A stretch of DNA of 13,274 nt from Zygophlyctis sp. KS116 (Eukaryota > Fungi > Chytridiomycota). The translations under genes were made by a program, and so were the position numbers. Position 1 is the first letter of the stretch, and every line of letters begins with the position of its first letter. Below the pieces are notes generated by a model. It was not told the DNA's origin and searched no databases. It saw only the letters and a list, made by a program, of their open reading frames with translations. The stretch lies in NCBI GenBank assembly GCA_054661495.1, contig BAAFSQ010000273.1:1-13274 (forward strand), in the 5' to 3' direction. This document shows, in pieces, positions 1 to 6,926 of this stretch.

Positions 1-76
1 CCTGCGCATTTACAAAAGAAATAAATGCAGATAAGCCCAATGCCAAGAGAGATTTCTTGAAAGAGATCAGAAGCAT
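1..76 (-). CDS. 5' end of a secreted or membrane protein gene (signal peptide only), running off the left edge
   Basis: Not in the ORF track. The minus strand from ATG at 76 (context AAAATAAAAATG) reads MLLISFKKSLLALGLSAFISFVNAQ: basic n-region, hydrophobic core and a V-N-A|Q cleavage-like site. It is divergent from the TRIM37-like gene. Confidence 0.7.
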   Translation of the reverse strand, partial: MLLISFKKSLLALGLSAFISFVNAQ

Positions 77-316
77 TTTTATTTTTGTTAATGAGCTAGT
101 CTGTCCATTGTTCTCATCTAACAATGCACTAGCTGATCACGTGCTTGATGTCATCTGTGTGAGAATACCATTTCCTAGAGATTAACAATTGTTCACACTT
201 TGACTGTAATCTGTTTTTTGAATGGATCATTGCAAAGCATTCGCTGCAGTTTTAGTTTTAACGGATCGTCCTAGACCGGTTGGTTCGAAACGATACAATC
301 ATTACAACAATCGCCA

Positions 317-2025
317 ATGAGCAATAATGATATCGATGATTTGTAAATTGTTATTTTTTCTGAAAAAATAGATTCAAGTGTTTTATTTGCATGGATGAAA
401 TTGGGAAACCTGCTGTTTGTCCCAATTGTTCGAAAATTGCATGTATGGTCTGTTTCCAGGTAATTCATCATCATTAAGATTAGAAATGGGTTAATGCAAA
501 AGACGAATGTCCGCATTGCAGGTCGTCACTCACAATTACACAATTAGTCAAACTGGATTGGGCAACTGATGTTCTAGAGGTAATTCATGCGTAATTTATT
601 CTAGATTTTGAAGAAAACAGCTAATCTTTCTGAAAATCAATGTGCTAAACATCGACTTTCTAAGGATTACTGGTGTAATAATTGCTCAATACTTGGTTGC
701 TCGGATTGTTTTTTACTAGAGTCTGATCATTCGCAACATGAATTCTGGAAAGGACAGCAATTATGGTCTTCTCGATGTGATGAAATTTATAAATCACAAT
801 CGGTTGCTTATTATTATGAACAAAAGGATTATTGGAGTAGATATTTGGATGATATAACTCGACAATTATCCGACTTTAATCGTGAATGTCTGAATGTACT
901 TTAAATTAGAATTAATCAGTAGTTTAAAAATAACGAAGAAGAATTATTTGAAGCTGGAAAACAGTCATTTCAATCTGCTGAAGATTATTCAAACATTTAC
1001 TATGAAAATTGTTTAAAGATTGCAGAAGCAAAGATTGCAATGTTTACAGAAGCTTTAGAAATTGGAGATGCTTTTTTAAATGATTTGCCGCTTGAAGCTG
1101 CATTAAAAGACAATGATGGATATTTTAGTCAAGCAGCATCTATTGTTAAAAGTGTTGTTGATGATTATGATTCTGGAAAAAATAGTTTAGAAAGTCTTGA
1201 ATTGGACCCACCTCAACCATTACCTTTTAACAGTATAATACCAGAATATGAATCATGTGAATTCACTATAGTAGATTTCAAGGCTTTTGTTTCGAATAGC
1301 GAAATACGTAAGTATCTATTTATAAGATTATAGGAATGTCTCCAGTGACACGTTTCTCAGGCTGTGATTGGAGAATAAAGAGTTATACTTTTCAAAGTGA
1401 AAAGAGCAGTGCAGTGTACTTTTCAATTTTTTTAGAACTCTTTCAAGGATTATCAGGTGAATTCGAATACAAGATTGATCTCTTGGAAACCAATGATGAA
1501 TTCAATTCTAGTCCTAGTTTATCAAAAGTCTATAGATCAAAATTCAGACAAGGAGAGTGTTGGGGATATCAAAAGTTTGTAAAATTAGGAGATCATTTCA
1601 ATTCTCTGTATTATAATCACACAAATGATTCTATATCTTTAATTTATCATGTTCGTCCGAGGACTTTTCATCAAAAATGCAATCAACTTCAAGACTATAT
1701 TTTGAAATTAGAAGAAAATATCAAGACTGATTCACTTGATAGCCCAGTCTCTATACAATATTCAAGTCTCAAACCAAGAACAATTAAAGAGATCTCTACA
1801 GAATCACGAGAATCTAAAGACACCTTGACTGAATTTCCTCTAAACTCTTCTTCAACTATAAACCAACGCATCCAAGAGATTGAAACAAGTATTGAAAATA
1901 CCAGTTTAGAGGAAACTTTTCAAGACACGGAATCTTATTCTTCGACTTCCTCAATGACTGAATTCTCTAGTCAACAAGGAGCAAACACAATTTTAAGTAG
2001 AATTGTAAATACAAAAAACAAATAA
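317..2025 (+). CDS. TRIM37: TRIM37-like RING/B-box/coiled-coil/MATH E3 ubiquitin ligase, 6 exons, about 525 aa
   Basis: Exons 317-342, 372-459, 484-579, 605-895, 923-1307 and 1334-2025 splice in frame. RING: FKCFICMDEIGKPAVCPNCSKIACMVCFQKWVNAKDECPHCR, close to the TRIM37 pattern FRCFICM...CPHCSKLCC..C...W......CPHCR. B-box: CAKH...WCNNCSILGCSDC...HSQH. MATH: DWRIKSY...YFSIFLEL...FRQGECWGYQKF. Ser/Glu/Thr-rich tail. Confidence 0.88.
343..1333 (+). other. Five micro-introns of the TRIM37-like gene: 343-371 (29 nt), 460-483 (24), 580-604 (25), 896-922 (27), 1308-1333 (26)
   Basis: All have GTA...TAG boundaries. Removing them restores the reading frame and conserved motif spacing. Confidence 0.85.
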
Positions 2026-2029
2026 TCTA

Positions 2030-2698
2030 TTAATCATATTTTGGCTTCCAAATCCATTGCATTGAAACCATCCTAGCACCATTTTTTTCAGCCTGTCTAA
2101 ACCATTTAGCAGCCAATTTCTTATCTCTCTTTACTCCTTCACCTCTTAAATACAATTCTCCCATTTCCACTTGAGCCTCTGGATCACCCAATTGAGCAGC
2201 AATATTAAGATAATAAGCAGCATTTTGAGCAGATTTCTTCACACCCCATCCTTGTTTAAAACAAATTGCCAATTCAAATATAGCCATTATTAATTCATCA
2301 GTGATAACAGTTTTAGTTTGTTCCTTGTTCAAACTCTCAATTTTTCTCTTTGTAAAATCACTAGTAACAATATCTAAATCCACCAATGCCTTATCGGCAG
2401 CACTTTGTAACCATTTAACAGCTTCAGTTTCATTTTTTTCCATTCCCCATCCATGCCGTTGAGCAATCGCAAACATTATTAATCCCATTGGATGACCTCT
2501 TGATGCAGATACAGAAAAATAATAAGCAGCAATCTTTAACTGATTAATTTCATGATAGTAAATAGCAATTGCCAATGGATCTTTTGGATCGACCGATTCA
2601 ACTGGAATTGGAGGAGCAGATGCTAAATCTGATGGAGTTGGTAATGGTTTTGGTAGCTCAAGACTACCTTTTGATTTACTCTTTTTGAATAATTGCAT
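2030..2698 (-). CDS. Sel1-like repeat protein, fungal Dsf2/Nif1-like, 222 aa
   Basis: Sel1 repeats (AIAQRHGWGMEKNETEAVKWLQSAA; ELAICFKQGWGVKKS...YLNIAAQLGD; EMGELYLRGEGVKRDKKLAAKWFRQAEKNG). The C-terminal WIWKPKY resembles the fungal Dsf2/Nif1 terminal motif. No coding intron is needed. Confidence 0.85.
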   Translation of the reverse strand: MQLFKKSKSKGSLELPKPLPTPSDLASAPPIPVESVDPKDPLAIAIYYHEINQLKIAAYYFSVSASRGHPMGLIMFAIAQRHGWGMEKNETEAVKWLQSAADKALVDLDIVTSDFTKRKIESLNKEQTKTVITDELIMAIFELAICFKQGWGVKKSAQNAAYYLNIAAQLGDPEAQVEMGELYLRGEGVKRDKKLAAKWFRQAEKNGARMVSMQWIWKPKYD

Positions 2699-2790
2699 AA
2701 GCTATTAATAACTGAAAGATCTATTTTTGGGCTTTTTCAAAAAAAACTCTTACAAGATTAATATAGTAATTTTAGATTAAAACTAGTATT

Positions 2791-3414
2791 TTAAAACCGT
2801 TTATACTTTTTTAATTTCCAAATATAGTATAGATATCCTCCCAATGCACCTCCTAAATGTCCCATTGAATCTGTTCCTCTACTATTTCCAAATAACGAAA
2901 TTAAATCAAATCCAACCATTCCTGCAAACGCAACATTTATAGGTAATGGAATCAATCCAAATAAAGAAACTGTCATTCCTCTATTTAATCCTGCTGTAAC
3001 TGCCATTATACTATATACTACTCCTGATGCACCTAAAGATCCTTGTCTATAGTCTGATCCATATTTTAGACTCTTATACCATACAGACACAAGACTAGAA
3101 AAGATTGCGGATCCAGCATAAAATCCAATAAATCTATTTTTACCAATTCGAGAGAGTAAGAATGGAGCAAATTGATGTAAAACATAACAGTTTATACCCA
3201 AATGTAGTAGATTAGAATGACTAAAAGCACTAGTTAATAACGTCCATGGTCTCTCTTTTAAATTGAATGGAGAACAAGTCAAATTCCTTTGGCACCATGC
3301 CAATGGTCTAAAATCATGATCTAGTCCATTTGCTCTTAAAAGAGAATAATTCCAAGTACAGAATACAAATACATTTCCAGCGATAAGAGTGTTTATAATA
3401 TTCCTGTTAAACAT
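2791..3414 (-). CDS. Rhomboid intramembrane serine protease, PARL/Pcp1-like, 207 aa
   Basis: RPWTLLTSAFSHSNLLHLGINCY, catalytic GASG (SLGASG) and catalytic His in MGHLGGALGG. The first ATG is at 3414; the track start at 3441 is a TTG. Confidence 0.9.
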   Translation of the reverse strand: MFNRNIINTLIAGNVFVFCTWNYSLLRANGLDHDFRPLAWCQRNLTCSPFNLKERPWTLLTSAFSHSNLLHLGINCYVLHQFAPFLLSRIGKNRFIGFYAGSAIFSSLVSVWYKSLKYGSDYRQGSLGASGVVYSIMAVTAGLNRGMTVSLFGLIPLPINVAFAGMVGFDLISLFGNSRGTDSMGHLGGALGGYLYYIWKLKKYKRF

Positions 3415-3450
3415 TTTCAAGCGATCAAGAAATACTATCAACGGTCAGAG

Positions 3451-3474
3451 TATTTGACTATTTGACTATTTGAA
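3451..3474. repeat. Tandem 8-mer TATTTGAC x3 (third copy TATTTGAA) in the rhomboid/PDI divergent gap
   Basis: Read directly: TATTTGAC TATTTGAC TATTTGAA. Confidence 0.85.
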
Positions 3475-3530
3475 CGTGTTATTTAAGTGTCAAGTAGAGT
3501 TTTTGATTATAATAACAGACTAGGAAAGGT

Positions 3531-5540
3531 ATGATATTCAGCGCAATTTGGATTTGGGTTTTTGCTTTCAGTCTTTCAGCACTGGCAGGAAAGAAATTGA
3601 CCGCCCAAGAGAAAGAAGCATTCTTTGCTGCAGATAAGGAGATATTCCACTTGACAGCCTTCAACTTTGACGCTTTAATAAAATCTGGAACTTGGGCAGT
3701 GTTTTATGGATTAAGAGCTTGTACACATTGTTCACGGTACTTAAGTCTAGATAATGATAGATTTACTCCCGTTTGGCGTCAGTTGGAACAAGCGCAAGAC
3801 TATTCTCCAATGAGATTAGCTAAAGTTGAATGTATGAATGTTGAAGATAGGTCGGTGTTGCCATTATGTGATTTTGTCAATGGGTTTCCTAATATTTTCT
3901 TGCATCAGGATGGGAAATTTAAGGAGGAAATGCAGGGAGATTTGAATTATAATCTGACATTGACTTGGTTAAATGAAATGCGTAGAAAGTATATTGATAA
4001 AACTAAATTAAATCTCTCTAATGGATCTAATGATTCAAAAATTGCTACAGGATCTAATGATTTAAAGAATTCTAGTATTACAAATTCTAGTATTACAAAT
4101 CAAACAATCGAGGTGGTCAAGTCTAATCCTAAAGCTGGAATTGTAAAGACGGAAATTACAGGGATGGATAAACTACAGGAAATTTTAGAAAATGAACGAG
4201 AACCGTCGCCAGATATAAATCCAGATGGTCAAGTGGTTCATTTGACAAGCGATGATTTTGATGAGGTATTTTAAAAAGGAAATAATTTAAGAAAACTGCT
4301 GGGAAAGTTTGGTTTGTAATGTTTCATGCTCCTTGGTGTGGGCATTGTAAGAATGTAAATTATTTTCAGAAAAAATAGTAAATTTTATAGTTGGCTCCTG
4401 TTTGGGAGGAATTAGCAAGACAAGTTAAAGGTTATATTAATATTGGAAAGGTTGATGCGACAAAGGAAACTAAATTACAAGAAAGATTTGGGATTGATAG
4501 ATTTCCAGTGTTGAAATTGTATTTTTTTAAAAGAGTCTAAATTATTAGTCTTAGATTACCAGATTTAGAACCTGTGGCATATTCAGGTGATAGAAGTTTA
4601 AAAGATCTTTCTAAAGCTGTGATGAAATTTGTTAGCGCACCATTCTTTACTGCAGTAAACAGTTTGGATATTGAAAGACTTCAAAAGGAGAATGAAGTAG
4701 GATTCTTTTTGATTTTTGATCCAATCACAATGAATGATCAGATTTTAGTATGTTTGGATAAATTTAAAATGGTAGAACAATTTTGAAATGGCTGTTAGAC
4801 CTTGGGTTGGATCTATTAAAATCTTTGTAACACCAGATATTGATGCTCATTCAAAATTAGGTTCTAGTAAATCTAAAACTCCAATTCTAGTAGTCTCTAA
4901 AGAATATGGAATTGAGTTGGAGTCTTTTAATGGCAGTTTCCACAATGTTAGTTATCTAGCATCTTGGATTAAATCTGTAAAAGATCCTCTAGTATTAGAG
5001 CTTGACGCCTCTAATCAAGCTCAAATATTTAGTGGAAATTCTCTTGTTGTTTTAGCCTTGGTAGATCGAGATTCGGACAAAAAAAAATGGAGTCCTGATT
5101 TAGAGCATGTTGCAAAAACTTGGAAATCTTTAGAGAGAACAGTAATATTTGTTTGGTTAGATTGTATTCTTCATTCTGGATATGTCGAACGAGTATATTC
5201 TGTCAAATCTACCCAATTACCACAATTAGTAATTGCTGATCCTAAAAATTCTGAATTTTACAATACTGATATTGACGGATTACCATTTACATTTGATAAA
5301 TCAAAGATCCCAACGTATCTGTCTGATCTAATGCAAGGAAAACTAAAATCAAAATCCACATCTGGACTTTTAGGAACTCTTGCAAGAAAGGCAATTAATT
5401 CTGGACGTTATGTGTCTAATCTAGTTTTTTCAAACCCAATTATACTTGTCATGATTGTATTACTGATTTTATATGTATTTTATACATGTATTAGAATTGG
5501 ACTTTCTGGTTATACAATTGTCGACTCAAAGACTGATTAA
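3531..5540 (+). CDS. Membrane-anchored protein disulfide isomerase (Eps1/TXNDC5-like), 6 exons, about 621 aa
   Basis: Exons 3531-3736, 3761-4265, 4292-4354, 4391-4518, 4549-4747 and 4776-5540. Signal peptide; Trx1 CTHCSRFTPVW; Trx2 [24 protein letters not shown]...IGKVDAT...FP, encoded in exons the ORF track missed; b/b'-like domains; C-terminal TM (PIILVMIVLLILYVFYTCI) and a ...SKTD end. Confidence 0.88.
3737..4775 (+). other. Five micro-introns of the PDI gene: 3737-3760 (24 nt), 4266-4291 (26), 4355-4390 (36), 4519-4548 (30; alternative acceptor 4554), 4748-4775 (28)
   Basis: All have GTA...AG boundaries. Removing them restores the thioredoxin motifs in frame. Confidence 0.82.
4023..4100 (+). 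repeat. Intragenic duplications in the PDI linker
   Basis: GGATCTAATGATT occurs twice. AATTCTAGTATTACA is tandem at 4068-4082 and 4083-4097, encoding NSSIT-NSSIT-N. Confidence 0.85.
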
Positions 5541-5542
5541 AT

Positions 5543-5916
5543 TTAACGTGTCTGAATATTATATTTCTTTTGATATTCCAACATTTCCGATTCTTTTTTA
5601 GCATAAGTTTCAGCTAATTGTTTCATTATATTTACAATCTAAGATTAAGTAGCAACAGTTACCCCTTGTAAATTAGAATTTACCATTGGTGCCACATGTT
5701 CAACCGTCCGTTCCACCAAAACTCCGCCCATAAGCCTAAAACAAGTTCGACTTGGCTCCAACGGTGACAGTGTATCTAAAACCAATTGATGTTCTTCCTT
5801 TTCCATTTCTAATTCTCCAATCTTTGATGCTATGGCCGATAATTCTTGTTTCATTGACGAATACTAAATGTAAGGGAAAACTCACTTACAGCGGCGCTAA
5901 TCTCTTTATTTGACAT
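5543..5916 (-). CDS. GIM4: Prefoldin subunit 2 (beta-type), 3 exons, 107 aa
   Basis: Exons 5916-5890, 5863-5663 and 5638-5543 give MSNKEISAAYSSMKQELSAIASKIGELEMEKEEHQLVLDTL...RTCFRLMGGVLVERTV...LQGIVNIMKQLAETYAKKESEMLEYQKKYNIQTR. This carries the PFDN2 signature CFRxxGGVLVERTV. Confidence 0.93.
5639..5889 (-). other. Two micro-introns of prefoldin 2: 5889-5864 (26 nt) and 5662-5639 (24 nt)
   Basis: GTAAGTGAG...TTTAG and GTAACTG...CTTAG; both are phase 0. Confidence 0.88.
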
Positions 5917-5960
5917 TTTAAATCCTGATCACTACCCCAGCCCTCATCTTGAATCTGAAA

Positions 5961-6831
5961 ATGTTTAATCGAATCTGCAAAATCAATCAACGGAATGCAA
6001 ATATTCCATATTTAAATTATTTCAAAAAGGAAATAGCAGCTAGGTTATCAGATCGGTTGTTGGATATTAAAAGATGTTTTCCAAATGTTGCAGAAATTGG
6101 CGTCGGAGAATTAAGTCATTTTATACCCGAGAGCGTTGGAGTCAAAAACCTAACAGTCGTAGATGGATCTTGCGTTCTGTTAAACAATTATAATTCTCCT
6201 CTGATAACTTCAAAAATAATTCAGGATGAAGAGGTTTTACCATTTAGTGAAAACAGTTTTGATGCAATCTTGTCAAATTGTAACATGCATTGGATAAATG
6301 ATTTACCAGGTAATTTGGTTGATAAAATTTTAAATTTTTTTAGGAATCTTGATTCAAATTAGAAAAAGTTTAAAGCCGGATGGGCTATTTTTAGGTTGTT
6401 TATTGGGGGGAGATAGTCTTTTTGAATTAAGAACATGTTTACAATTGGCAAATTTAGAAAGAAGAGGTGGTTTAGCGCCTCATATTTCACCAATGACGAA
6501 TACTAGAGATATTGCAGGGCTGTTATCGAGGGCTGGATTGACTCTGACAACTGTAGATATGGATGAAATTCAAATTTCTTTTCCAAGTATGTGGGAGCTT
6601 TTAGATGATTTAAAGGCAAGTAGAGAAAACGGTTGTTTAATGAATCAAGCTCATTTATCTAGAGATTCACTGTTGGCTGCATCTCAAATTTATCAGGAAA
6701 ATTATCCTGGAGTTGGTGAAAATGATCAAGTGACAGGGATCACTGCCACGTTTCAAGTTATTTACATGATTGGATGGAAACCAGGCGCAAATGTTTCTCA
6801 GCAGTCTGGATCTTGTGCAAAAGTTCACTAA
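5961..6831 (+). CDS. NDUFAF5: Complex I assembly factor NDUFAF5 (SAM-dependent methyltransferase fold, arginine hydroxylase), 2 exons, 278 aa
   Basis: A 34-nt intron at 6310-6343 joins the two track ORFs: HWINDLPG|ILIQIRKSLKPDGLFLG. Other motifs are RLSDRLLDIKRCF, GGDSLFELR...ERRGGLAPHISP, LTTVDMDEI and ATFQVIYMIGWKP. Confidence 0.92.
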
Positions 6832-6926
6832 AAAAATAATTTTTATTAATTTTAGTGTATCATTTTAGAGTTCACTTTTAAAAAGGTTCAAATATTTTCT
6901 GCATTACCTGATACAGTTTGACCCAT

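Noticed and set aside
271-516. 81-aa minus-strand ORF
   Set aside because: It is antisense to the spliced TRIM37 RING exons and has no recognisable motif.
3404-3435. Minus-strand GTATTT...TTTAACAG (32 nt) spanning the rhomboid ATG
   Set aside because: Splicing would create an in-frame TAG at the junction and remove the only start codon.
3479-3664. 61-aa minus-strand ORF
   Set aside because: It is a shadow of the PDI signal-peptide exon.
5870-5891. Plus-strand intron-like GTAAGGGAAAACTCACTTACAG overlapping the minus-strand prefoldin intron
   Set aside because: It is 22 nt, shorter than any supported intron, and splicing it does not yield an N-terminal extension for NDUFAF5 because stops intervene.
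608-6831. Split ORFs read as pseudogenes, programmed frameshifts or stop-codon reassignment
   Set aside because: Each break has a GTA...AG segment whose removal restores frame and motif spacing. Many breaks change frame, which codon reassignment cannot explain, and the long exons contain no internal stops.
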